A stretch of DNA of 64,000 nt from an uncultured Gemmatimonadales bacterium (lineage in GTDB: Bacteria > Gemmatimonadota > Gemmatimonadetes > Gemmatimonadales > GWC2-71-9): the NCBI GenBank assembly GCA_963730185.1, contig CAVSQW010000007.1, forward strand, positions 32,001 to 96,000, read 5' to 3'. The position numbers and the translations under genes were made by a program. Below the pieces are notes generated by a model. The model saw only the letters and a program-made list of their open reading frames with translations. It made no database searches and was not told where the DNA came from. Positions 10,312 through 20,800 of the stretch are shown here, piece after piece (within the stretch, counting starts at the first letter, position 1; the number at the start of each line of letters is the position of its first letter).

Positions 10312-11643
10312 ATGACCCGGCAGGCCGTCGTGCGACTGCCCTGGAGCCTGGTGTGCGCCCTGAGCGTGAGCCTCACGACCGTCGCCCGGGCGCAGACCCG
10401 GCCCGATACCGCCGCCGCGATCGGCGCGATCGAAGAATTCCAGGCCGCCTGCGGCAAGGACCACGGCACCTGGTGGGGCAAGACCCTCTGCGGCCCGGTG
10501 GTGCTGGTCGACCCCCAGACCCGATTCGCGGTCGCCACCGAGCGCCCGCCGGCCGGCCAGTTCGCGGCTCGGGGCTCGGTCTGGATCGGGAGCGTCCCCA
10601 AGGGGCTCGCGCTCGCGAACACGTCCATCGACTGGGCGGGGGCGCGCTGGGCGACCGTGCTCCTCCCGGTGCCGACCGGCCGGCTGGACCGGATCGCGCT
10701 CCTGCTCCACGAGTCGTTTCACCGGATTCAACCGGCGCTTGGGCTCGAGGGACACGACGCCCAGAACCCCCAGCTCGACGAGCGGGACGGACGCTACTGG
10801 CTCCGGCTCGAGCTCCGGGCCCTGGCCCGGGCCCTGACCGCCCCGGACGACTCGGTCCGGATCGTGGCCCGCGACGCCGTGCTCTTCCGCGCCATGCGCC
10901 ACCGGATCTATCCCGGGGCCGACTCGCTCGAGGCCGCGCTGGAGCAGGCCGAAGGGCTCGCCGAGTACACCGGCCTCGCGCTGGCGTTGGCCGTCACCGG
11001 CGACTCCGTGTCCGAAGTGGCCAAGCGAACCCGTCAGGGCGAGGACCGGACCACGTTCGTCCGTTCGTTCGGCTACCTGACCGGTCCCGCGATGGGACTC
11101 TTGCTCGATCGGTTGGCGCCGGGCTGGCGGACTCGGATCGCGACGGCCGGCTTCGCGGCCCAGCTCCGGTCCGCGGTCGGCTTCAGCCCGCCGAGCGACC
11201 TCCCGGACGCCGCTCGGGAGGCGGCCCTCCGCTATGACGGCCCGAGCCTCGCCCAGGCGGAAGACGAGCGGGCCGCTGCCCGGGCGCGGTTCCGGGCCGA
11301 GGTGGAGGCCCGGATGGTGAAGGGCCCCGTGGTCGAGTTCCACCAGGCCGGCCTGGCCCGCTCGTTCAACCCCAACAACCTGGCGGCGATGGACACCCTC
11401 GGGACCCTCTACCCGACCGGGACGTTCTCGGCGCCATGGGGTACGGTCGAGGTCACCGACGGGGCCCTGGTGTCGTCGGACTACCGGCTGCTCCGGCTCC
11501 AGGCGCCCAAGGATGCCGTGGCGCCAACCCAGCGAAAGGTGACCGGGCCCGGGTGGACGCTCGAGCTCAATCCCGGCTGGCACCTCGTGGCGGGCCCTCG
11601 TCCGGGCGACTGGCACGCAGAAAAGATTCCCGGCGGCGGTTGA
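10312..11643 (+). CDS. Exported hypothetical protein with gluzincin-like HExxH...E motif
   Basis: GGAGG RBS; signal peptide ending ARA; LLHESFH and EGLAEYTG motifs. Confidence 0.75.
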   Translation: MTRQAVVRLPWSLVCALSVSLTTVARAQTRPDTAAAIGAIEEFQAACGKDHGTWWGKTLCGPVVLVDPQTRFAVATERPPAGQFAARGSVWIGSVPKGLALANTSIDWAGARWATVLLPVPTGRLDRIALLLHESFHRIQPALGLEGHDAQNPQLDERDGRYWLRLELRALARALTAPDDSVRIVARDAVLFRAMRHRIYPGADSLEAALEQAEGLAEYTGLALALAVTGDSVSEVAKRTRQGEDRTTFVRSFGYLTGPAMGLLLDRLAPGWRTRIATAGFAAQLRSAVGFSPPSDLPDAAREAALRYDGPSLAQAEDERAAARARFRAEVEARMVKGPVVEFHQAGLARSFNPNNLAAMDTLGTLYPTGTFSAPWGTVEVTDGALVSSDYRLLRLQAPKDAVAPTQRKVTGPGWTLELNPGWHLVAGPRPGDWHAEKIPGGG

Positions 11644-11676
11644 CCGACCCCGCGCCACGGGGCTAGCCTCCACTCC

Positions 11677-12450
11677 GTGAAGCTCGCGACGTGGAACGTC
11701 AACTCGATTCGCGCCCGGCTGGCCCGTCTGCTCGACTGGCTCGGCCGGGCCGCGCCCGACGTGGTGTGCCTCCAGGAGCTGAAGGTCCCCGACGACGACT
11801 TCCCGGTGGCCGAGCTCCGGGAGGCGGGCTACCAGGCCGTCTTTCACGGCCAGCGGACGTACAATGGCGTCGCCATCCTGAGCCGGACCGAGTCCGAGGA
11901 CGTGACTCGCGGCTTCGACGGCGTCGGTGACGAGGAGCAGGCCCGGCTCATTTCCGCTCGGGTCTCCGGCATCCGGATCATCTCGGCCTACTTCCCCAAC
12001 GGCCAGACCGTGGGCAGCGACAAGTGGGCCTACAAGCTCGCCTGGATGGCGCGCCTGAAGGACCATCTGGCGGCCCATTACTCCCCGACCGAGCCTCTGG
12101 CCCTGTTGGGCGACTTCAACGTGGCCCCGGAGGATCGCGACGTGGCCCGGCCCGACGAGTGGCGCGAGTCGGTGCTCTGCCACCAAGAGGCCCGGGCCGG
12201 GCTCCGGGCGATCGCGGACTGGGGGCTGATCGACAGCATGCGGCTCCACGAGGAGGGTCCGGGACCCTGGTCGTGGTGGGACTACCGGATGCTCGCCTTT
12301 CCGAAGGGCAACGGCCTCCGGATCGACCACGTCTACGTCACCCGGCCGGTGGCCGACCGCTGCACCAAGGCTTGGGTGGAGCGGAACGAGCGGAAGGGCA
12401 AGCTCCCCTCCGACCACGCCCCGGTGATGGTCGAGCTCGACGGCAAATGA
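11677..12450 (+). CDS. xth: Exodeoxyribonuclease III
   Basis: MKLATWNVNSIRAR, CLQELK, YNGVAIL, YFPNG, GDFNVAP, WWDYR, GLRIDH, SDHAPV. Confidence 0.96.
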   Translation: MKLATWNVNSIRARLARLLDWLGRAAPDVVCLQELKVPDDDFPVAELREAGYQAVFHGQRTYNGVAILSRTESEDVTRGFDGVGDEEQARLISARVSGIRIISAYFPNGQTVGSDKWAYKLAWMARLKDHLAAHYSPTEPLALLGDFNVAPEDRDVARPDEWRESVLCHQEARAGLRAIADWGLIDSMRLHEEGPGPWSWWDYRMLAFPKGNGLRIDHVYVTRPVADRCTKAWVERNERKGKLPSDHAPVMVELDGK

Positions 12451-13247
12451 TCTCGGCGGGCCCGATGACTCCCTGGCTCCACATCGCCTTGGCGGTCGGA
12501 CTCTACCTGATCGTCGCGGTGGCGGCTTCGCTGGTGGTCAAGCGTGCCGGCCGGAACCTAGCCGACTTCTCGGCCCGTACCTCGGGCCTGGTGGTGGTGG
12601 TCGGCGCGATCGCCAACCTGCTGGTGCTCGCGGCCGTGCTGGCCCTGCTGGTGGGGCTCGACGGCCGACCGGTCAGCGATCTCGGCCTCGGGTTCACGGG
12701 CCGGGACCTTCGGTTGGCGGCGTTAGGCGGGCTCGGAACGGTCGCCTTGGGCGGCGCTTTCGTGGGGTGGCTCCGGTGGCGGGGGCGGGTGGAGGTCGGG
12801 CCCCGGTTGTTCGAGCCGCCGGTCGGCGGAGCCGCCTCGCTCCCGGCCACGCTGCTGGTGCTGCTGATCGTGGTGGTTCAGGAGGAAGTCCTGTATCGGG
12901 GCTACGTGATGCTGGCCCTGATGCCCTACGGGGCGGGACCGGTGCTCCTGCTCTCGACCCTCATCTTCGTCGCCATCCACTTCGCCACCAACCGCGGCGA
13001 CCTGCCGCAGACCGTCAGCTGGACCGTCGGCGGGCTGGTGCTCGGGGGCACCTACCTCGTCACCCGGTCGATCTGGGTGCCGATCGTGCTCCACTTCACC
13101 AGCAACCTGACCAACGTGATCGTCTTCGGGATCGTGGGACGGTTCTCGATCTTCTCGTTCACTCGCCCGCCGACCGGGCGGGACCGGGCCGTCTTCCGGG
13201 TGATCTACGGGCTCGCCATCCTCGCCCTGATTGCGATCGTCTACTAA
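12447..13247 (+). CDS. CPBP family intramembrane glutamic endopeptidase (CAAX/Abi)
   Basis: ATGA overlap; EEVLYRG, FVAIH, H..SN motifs; multiple TM helices. Confidence 0.88.
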   Translation: MISAGPMTPWLHIALAVGLYLIVAVAASLVVKRAGRNLADFSARTSGLVVVVGAIANLLVLAAVLALLVGLDGRPVSDLGLGFTGRDLRLAALGGLGTVALGGAFVGWLRWRGRVEVGPRLFEPPVGGAASLPATLLVLLIVVVQEEVLYRGYVMLALMPYGAGPVLLLSTLIFVAIHFATNRGDLPQTVSWTVGGLVLGGTYLVTRSIWVPIVLHFTSNLTNVIVFGIVGRFSIFSFTRPPTGRDRAVFRVIYGLAILALIAIVY

Positions 13248-13383
13248 CCCGTTCGGCCTTCGCCGGCGACCGGCGCGGGAGCCCGCGACCGCAGGCGGGC
13301 GTCCAGCCGGACGAACCCAACCAAGGCCAGGACGTCGAGGACCGCCTTGCCGGCGATGTCCACCCGCGAGCCGGCCCCCGCCC

Positions 13384-14841
13384 CTATTGGATCGGCCGTC
13401 CGGTCGCGAAATCGAAGAGGGTCGCCCGCCGAAGGCGGTAGTACGCCTGCCAGTAGCCCCGGAGCGCCTGCACGTAGGAGCTCAGCGCCTGGTCCTTCTC
13501 GCTCTGGGCGATGTACAGGTTGTCGATGGTGATCCGGCCGATCACGTAGCGGTTGTAGGCCACCTCGAACCGCTTGCCGGCCACCGTGTCGGCCTTGGCC
13601 GAGAGGGCCAGATTGCGCCGGGCCTGATCGAGCTCCAGGGCGGCGAAATGCGCGTCCTGGGCCAGCTGGTCCATCGTGGATCGCGCGGTGCTCACCACCC
13701 GGTCGCGGTCGGCCTCCGCGGCCTGGACCGATTCCTTCCGGAGACCCCACTGTACGATCGGGACCTGCACCGACACCGTGAACCGGCGAGCCTCGAGCAG
13801 GTTCTGGTAGGCCAGGTTCGCCTCGGGGGCCGTGGCGTTGAAGCCGTAGCTGGCCTGGACCGTGGCGCCGACCCAGTTGCTCAGCTTGGCTTCGGTCACG
13901 GCCCGGCGGGCCTGAACGTCCTGGAGCGCGACGGTGCTGACGCCGGAGCGGTTCCCGAGGGCCTCGGCCACCGCCTTGGCGGTGTCCGCGGCGACGTCCG
14001 GCACCTCGGAGGTCACCGCCACCTCCAGCGGGGCGCCGACCGGCAGGTTGAGGGCCAGACGGAGCGCCGCTCGGGTCCGGTCGTACTCGAGCTTGGCGCC
14101 GTCGAGCGAGGTGCGGGAGCGGAGCAGGGCCAGCTCGCTCTGGAGGAGATCGTTCTCGCCGATCTTCCCGACCTCGTACCGGCCCTTGTTCAGGGTGTAG
14201 AGCGTGTCGTTCACCGCGGCGTTGGTGGCGGCGTTGTCCAGCGCCACCTTGGCCGAGTACACGTCGAAGAAGAGGGTGGCGGTCTGGAGGGAGATGTCCT
14301 CCCGGGTCTCGAGATACTGACGATCGGCCACCTCCGCCTTGAGCGGCTCCTCCCGGCGGTCCCATCCGGTGGCGTTGGGCCTGAGGAGATCCTGGCGGAA
14401 GCCGAACAGCACCGGCGTGGACGACCACCGGGGATCGGCCCCGCTCACGGTGAGCCGGGCCAGCGAGGAGGTCACGAAGAAGTCGCCGCCGGTGAACGGA
14501 ATCTTCTGCGACAGCGTGGCCGTGAGCGCGGCGTTGGTCTGATCCTGCGGCCGAAAGAGGGTGCTCCCGTCGGGCTGGAGCACTTGGATGATCGACCGGT
14601 TGTACTGCGGCACCGTGCCCCCCAGCGAGAGCTGAGGCAGCAGCTGCGAATAGAAGGCCTTGTCGCGGTAGCGGGCCGCGTCGCGGGTGGCCCGGGCGGC
14701 CCGGGCCTGATACCCCTCCTCCAGGGCCCGTTCGATGGCCCGTTGCAGGGTCATCGGCTGCTGGGCGGCGAGCGGGCCGGCGGTGGCGGACGCGAGCCCG
14801 AGCGCCAGGACGAGGGCGCGTCGGTAGTCGGAGCTGGGCAT
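13384..14841 (-). CDS. TolC family outer membrane efflux protein
   Basis: Signal peptide; MTLQRAIERALE, LLPQLSL, RYEVGKI..DLLQ and RYVIGRITIDNL repeats. Confidence 0.9.
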   Translation of the reverse strand: MPSSDYRRALVLALGLASATAGPLAAQQPMTLQRAIERALEEGYQARAARATRDAARYRDKAFYSQLLPQLSLGGTVPQYNRSIIQVLQPDGSTLFRPQDQTNAALTATLSQKIPFTGGDFFVTSSLARLTVSGADPRWSSTPVLFGFRQDLLRPNATGWDRREEPLKAEVADRQYLETREDISLQTATLFFDVYSAKVALDNAATNAAVNDTLYTLNKGRYEVGKIGENDLLQSELALLRSRTSLDGAKLEYDRTRAALRLALNLPVGAPLEVAVTSEVPDVAADTAKAVAEALGNRSGVSTVALQDVQARRAVTEAKLSNWVGATVQASYGFNATAPEANLAYQNLLEARRFTVSVQVPIVQWGLRKESVQAAEADRDRVVSTARSTMDQLAQDAHFAALELDQARRNLALSAKADTVAGKRFEVAYNRYVIGRITIDNLYIAQSEKDQALSSYVQALRGYWQAYYRLRRATLFDFATGRPIQ

Positions 14842-14848
14842 GGGCGGT

Positions 14849-16250
14849 TTACTCGTAGCGGAGACAGACCACGGGGTCTTGATGGGCGGCCCGGTAGGCG
14901 GGCACGATCCCGAAGGCGAGCCCGACGGTGCAGGACACCCCGAAGGCGATCATCACCGAGACCGACGACACCATCGTCTGGATCCCGGCGAACTTCTGGA
15001 TGCCCAGGCTGAGGCCGGCGCCGACCAGGATGCCCGCCACCCCGCCGGCCACGCTGATCAGCACCGCCTCGGCCAGGAACTGAAAGAGGATCTCCTGCCG
15101 GGTCGCGCCGACGGCCCGGCGGACGCCGATCTCCCGGATCCGCTCCAGGATCGACGCCAGCATGATGTTCATGATCCCGATCCCACCGACGATCAGCGAG
15201 ATCGACGCGATCGCTCCCAGCACCACGTTGAAGATCGTCTTGGTGCGCTGCTCCTGTTTGAGCAGCAGCTCGGGCACCGTGATCTCGAAATCCACCACCG
15301 TATTGTGCCGCCGGGCCAGCATCCGCTGCGCGATCTCGGCCACCGCCGGGACGTGTCGCGAGTCGGCCACCCGGACGATGATCCGGTCCAGCTGGTTCCG
15401 GTTGGTGCGCTCCTCACGCTGCTGCTCGGTCTCGGTGTCCTCGGAGCCGTCGGTGATGCCGTTCGGCCGGGCGGCGAGCTCGATGTCGTGCTGGGTAACG
15501 CAGGGCCCGGTTCCGGAACCGGACCAGCATCGTGTGGACCGGGATGTAGACGTCCATGCTGGCGTCCCGGATCCCGAGGCGCTGGGCGGTGCCGCCGCTG
15601 ACCCGGCGGTCGCGGAGTACGCCGATCACCGTGAGCCACACCGGGCCGACCTTGATCCGCTTGCCGATCGGGTTTTCGGTGGTGAAGAACCGGGTTCGGA
15701 CGCCGTAGCCGATGATTGCCACCGGAAGACCCATCTCGACCTGGGTGGGGTTGAACCAGGCGCCCGACTCGAGCTCCAGGTTGGTCAGCCGGAAGTAGCT
15801 GGTGTCGACCCCCACCACCTTGCCGCTCCGCCGCCGCCCCTCCCTGGTGATCGTGGTGTTCACCACCACCTCGGCACTGGCGGTCTCGACCACCGGGATG
15901 TCCCTGGCGATCGCCTCGGCGTCGGCGTAGGTCAGTCCCGGCGAGAACCGCTTGACCTGCTTGTCGGGCTGGTCGTCCTTGACCGGCCCCTCCTTCTGCT
16001 CCACCAGCGGCGTGATCATCACGTTGTTGGAGCCGAGGAGCCGCATCTGCTCCAGGATCTCCTGCTCGGCACCCTTGCCGATCGCCAGCATCGCGATCAC
16101 CGACGCCACCCCGAAGAGAATGCCCAGCGAGGTCAGCGAGGCCCGGAGCTTGTTGTGCTCCACGGCCTCGAGAGCGGTGCGGAAGCTGAAGCCGACGTGC
16201 GCGAAGACCACGCCCCGGAGGTGGGCCAACGACTCCCGATCGAGCCGCAC
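14849..16250 (-). CDS. MacB/FtsX-like ABC transporter permease; one frameshift near 15500
   Basis: NKLRASLTSLGILFGVASVIAMLAIG in one frame; ISLIVGGIGIMNIMLASILERIREIGVRRAVGA in the next. Confidence 0.88.
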
Positions 16251-16253
16251 CGC

Positions 16254-17627
16254 TCAGGCCGCCGGTTGGGTCGGCTTGGCGTGCGTGCCCGCCGGGGCCG
16301 AGTCGGCGCCCGGGGTCAGCGGCACCGCCGGCGCCGAGGTGTCGCCGCCGGCCGTCGGCTTGTCGGTGGAGCCGGGCAACCGGACCAGCTTGAGCTGATC
16401 CTTGCCGGGCGGCGGTGAGAGCAGGACCCGGTCGTTCTCGTCGAGCCCCTTGGTGACGATGATCGCGTCGTCGTTCATCGCCCCGGTCTCGATTTCCTGC
16501 TTGACCACGCTGCCGCCCGACTGCTTGTAGACGAAGGCGATGCCGTCCTGGCCGCTCACCGCCTCGAGCGGGATGTGGAGCACGTTCTCGGCGGCGTGGG
16601 TCTCGATCGTGTTCCCGGTCGTCATCCCCGGGCGGAGGGTGGTGTCGGCCTGCTGGATGCCGACCGTCACCTCGAAGACCTTGGCGTCGGTGTTGGGCCG
16701 CTGCTCGCCGACGTTCGCCACCTTGGTGACGGTGCCGGTGAGCTTCTTGTTGGGATCGGCGTCGAGGGTGATCACCGCCGGCTGCCCGACGGCGATCTTC
16801 TGGACGTCGATCTCGTTGACGTAGGTCACCGACTCCATCTGGGTCAGGTCCGGGAGCGTCGCCACCGTTGGATCCCAGGCCGACACCTGCGAGCCCGCCG
16901 TCTTCTTCTTGCCGTTCCACTCCTTGACGTAGATCACCATCCCCGGCGCGGGCGCCTTGATGGTGAAGCCGGCCATCACGTCCTGAACGATCTGGAGCTT
17001 GTTCCGCTGCCGGTCCCGGTCGGCGCCGACCTCCCGCATCTTGGCCTGGGCCTGCTCGGTCTTGGTCTTGTAGTCCAGCTTGCCCTGCGCCAGCGCCCGC
17101 TCCGCCTTCTCGTAGTCGATCTCGGCCTGGCGCTTGATGGTCGGCGCCTCGTAGACGGCCTGCTCCTTGGCCAGCTTCTTCTCCTCGAGACCCAGCTCCA
17201 TGGTGCGGATGTCCTCGCGCGCCTTGGAAAGGTTGAGCGTGGAGTCGAGCATCGCCTGCTCGTATACCGCCTCCGCTTTCGAGAGGTTGAGCTGCACCTC
17301 GGCCAGCTTGTTCGCGAGGGTCGAGCGGTCGAGCTGGGCGACCACGTCGCCCTCCTTCACCACCGTGCCCTCGGGCACGATCGACGCGATCTTCATCTGG
17401 TAGGCTTCGGCCTGCTGCGCGTTGGACGGCCCCGTGATCTGGACGAATTTCCGGGCCCGGAGCTCGCCGGACGTGGTGACCGTCACCTTGAAGGGGCCCC
17501 GCTCGACCGGTGCGGCCACCTCGGCGCCGGCGGCGTGGGTTTCGCCGGCCATCAGCCACGCGGTGGTCGAGACGAGGACGGCGGCCACGGCGGTGACCAC
17601 GAACCAGCGTTTCCGGAGGAAGCTCAT
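16254..17627 (-). CDS. Efflux periplasmic adaptor (MFP, MacA-like)
   Basis: GGAG RBS; N-terminal TM; VPEGTVVKEGDVVAQLD, long coiled coil, IKAPAPG, LRPGMT. Confidence 0.88.
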   Translation of the reverse strand: MSFLRKRWFVVTAVAAVLVSTTAWLMAGETHAAGAEVAAPVERGPFKVTVTTSGELRARKFVQITGPSNAQQAEAYQMKIASIVPEGTVVKEGDVVAQLDRSTLANKLAEVQLNLSKAEAVYEQAMLDSTLNLSKAREDIRTMELGLEEKKLAKEQAVYEAPTIKRQAEIDYEKAERALAQGKLDYKTKTEQAQAKMREVGADRDRQRNKLQIVQDVMAGFTIKAPAPGMVIYVKEWNGKKKTAGSQVSAWDPTVATLPDLTQMESVTYVNEIDVQKIAVGQPAVITLDADPNKKLTGTVTKVANVGEQRPNTDAKVFEVTVGIQQADTTLRPGMTTGNTIETHAAENVLHIPLEAVSGQDGIAFVYKQSGGSVVKQEIETGAMNDDAIIVTKGLDENDRVLLSPPPGKDQLKLVRLPGSTDKPTAGGDTSAPAVPLTPGADSAPAGTHAKPTQPAA

Positions 17628-17847
17628 TCCGACTCCTACGCTGCCAACTTGAAGGGGGTGGACCCGGCGGGCCGAGTTCTCCTTAGACACCGGTCGGCCG
17701 GTTGGCGTTGGCTCCCGGGGGTCCAAAGTGGGAAGATTCTCAGCCCAGGGCAAATGACGCGGCCCGCTGGTCCGCCTCGGGATGCCGGCCGGAATTGGAC
17801 AACACCCGTTTCAGGAAATCGGCCGGTGGGGGTTCCCGGCCGAGCGG

Positions 17848-20800
17848 TCAATGGGCCGGGTCAGGCGGGGCCGAGACGGGGCGCGCCGCGTCCTCCGGGG
17901 CCAGACCGGCCGGAATTCCGGTCAGGAACGCCTTCAACCGGGCGGAGGCGCGGCGGGCCGCCACGTACACTGCCGGGATCACCAGCAGGGTCAGGAGGGT
18001 CGAGATGGTGAGCCCGCCGACCACCGCCACGGCCAGCGGTTGCATCAGCTCGGTGCCCTCGCCCATCCCGAATGCCAGGGGCAGCATGCCGAGAATCGTG
18101 GTGAGCGTGGTCATCAGGATGGGCCGGAGCCGGACCACCCCGGCCTCGACGACCGCCTCTTCCATGGTGAAGCCCCGCTCGCGTTGGCCGATCTCGACGT
18201 ACTCCACCAGCAGGATCGCGTTGTTCACCACGATACCGGCCAGCAGGATCACGCCGAGCAGGACGGGGGCGCTCAGCGCGGTGCCGGTCATGACCAGCGC
18301 CGCGGCGACTCCGATCAGGGCCAGCGGCACCGACACCAGGATCACCAGCGGGTCGACCAGGCTCTCGTACTGCACCGCCATGACCACGAACACCAGGAAG
18401 ATCGCGAGACCGATCACGATCGCGAGATTCCGGTTGTTCTCGCGGACCGCCTGTTCCTCGCCTCCGTAGATCAGGCTGAAGCCCTCCGGCAGGGGCAGGT
18501 TGGAGAGCCGGGCGTGGATCTCCCGGCTCACGTCGCTGATGTTGGCGACCGACGTGTTGACGTCGCCGGTGACCCGGATCAGGCGGTTCTGGTTCTCGCG
18601 GAGGATCGTGGTGGGGCCGGTCCCGAGCGAGATGGTTGCCACGTCGCGGAGGTAGATCGGCTGGTCGCGTCCCGGGAAGAGCGCGATCGAGCCCAGGTCT
18701 TCGGCGCTTTGGAACTCGCTTCGGGGCATCCGGACCCGGACGTCGTACTCGAAGTTGCCCTCGGTGAATCGGGTCGGGATCGACCCTTCGAGGGCGGTCC
18801 GGACGCTCTGGCCCACGCTCGCCCCGCTGAGTCCGAGGTCGGCGGTCCGCTCCCGGTCGATCCGGATGGCGAGCTGCGGGCTGGCCTCCTCGGTCGAGAG
18901 CTGAAGACCTTCTAACCCCTTGATCCCGGTCAGCCGGCCCAGCACGTCGTTGGCTAGGCGTTGCAGGGCGACGAGGTCGTCGCCCTGAACGGATACGGCG
19001 ATGTCGCTGCCGCTGATGTTGGTGCGGAGGCCGCGGATCCGGGGCGGGCGGACGCCGATCCGCGCCCCGGGGATGCCCAGGGCGTTGATGTCGGACTGGA
19101 GGCTGGCGACCCATTCCGAGGCCGTCATCTTGGGCCGGTCGGGCGCGGGCGCCAGCTGGATGCTCAGCGAGCCCCGCCCCCCGCGCTCGGCGGTCGAGCT
19201 GCCGAAGAGGAAGCCGCCCGCGGTGGCGAAGACGTCCTCGACGTAGGGACGCTCGGCGACCATGGCCTCGAGCTGCTTCACCACGTCGTTGGTCTTGTCG
19301 GGCGGCGTGCCGGGCGGCATCGCGACATAGGCGCCCACACTCCCGTCGTCGACCACCGGCAGGAACTCCGAGGGGAGGCGGGTCGCCAGGCTGATGAAGA
19401 TCGCGAGCAGGGCGAACGCGCCCGCCACCAGAAGTCCCTTGTGCCGGAGGGTGCCCCGGGCCGCCACCCGATAGCGGTCGGTCATCCGGTCGATGAACCG
19501 GTCGAAGCCGCGGATCACCCGGGTGTTCGCGAGTCCGGTGGTCCATTTGATCTTGGCCATCTGGGCCGTGAGCATCGGCACCAGAGTCAACGCCACGCCC
19601 AGCGAGGCGATCATCGAGAAGGTGATCGTGAGGATCAGCTCCTGGAAGATCAGCGCGGCCAGTCCCGAGATCAGGAGGAAGGGCAGCACCGCCGCCAGGT
19701 TGGTCGTGGTGGACGCCACCACCGCGGAGGTCACCTCGGCCGATCCCGAATGGGCCGCTTCGGTGGCGTCCCGACCCTCGTTGCGATGCCGGAAGATGTT
19801 CTCCAGCATCACGATCGAGTTGTCGAGCAGGAGCCCGACCCCCAGGGCGAGGCCACCGAGGGTCATGATGTTGAGGGTCAGGCCGCGCCACCCCATCAGG
19901 GCCAGCGTCGCCAGGATCGCGATCGGGATCGAGAGACCGATGATGAAGGTCTTCCGAAGGCTCCCGAGGAAGAGGAGCACCACCAGCATGGCTAGGCCGG
20001 CGCCCATCAGGGCGGCGTTGCGCACGCTGCTGATCGCGCTTTCGATGAAGAACGACTGGTCGGAGACCACCCGGTAGTCGATGTCGCTCGGGATGAAGCG
20101 GGAGTCGCCCAGCTGGGCCAGCCGGGCGCCGATTCCCTTGGCCACGTCCACCGTATTGGCCTCGGGCAGCTTCCGGACCGAGAGCTTGACCGCGGGCACG
20201 CCGTTGAGACGGGCCCAGAGCCGTTGCTCCCGGTTGGTGTCGACCACCGTCGCGATTTCGGAGAGCGGAATCCGCTGCCCCGAACCCGGCACGCTCAGCA
20301 GGACGTTCTGGATGTCCTTCACCGAGCGGAACTTGCCGGCCGTCTTGCCGATCACCTCGAACTGCGGCGAGGTGATGTTCCCGGCGGCGATGTCCTGATT
20401 CTCGTCTCGCAGCGTGTTGAGGACATCGGTGACCGTGAACCGGTAGGAGCGGAGCCGCTCCTGGTCGAGGATCACCTGCACTTCGCGGGTCAGCCCGCCC
20501 GACACGTCGATCGAGCCCACCCCTTCGACGGTGAGGAGTTGGGGCACCAGCTGCAGGTCCACCCACCGGCGGAGATCGACCTGGCTCAGGCCGTTGGAGC
20601 TGAACCCCACCTCGTAGACCGCCATCTGCGAGGGGTCGGATTTATTGATGCTGGGCGGGTCGATGTCGTCCGGAAGGCGAGTGCGGGCTCGATCGAGGTT
20701 CTTCGACGCGTCCTGGAGCGCGAAGTTCATGTCGGTGCCGTAGCGGAAATTGAGCGTGACTTGCGAACGCCCCTCCGCCGTTTCCGACTCGAGCTCGACC

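Noticed and set aside
13244..13363. Short minus-strand ORF (VDIAGKAVLDVLALVGFVRLDARL...) after tolC
   Set aside because: About 39 aa, no clear RBS or recognisable motif; cannot be supported
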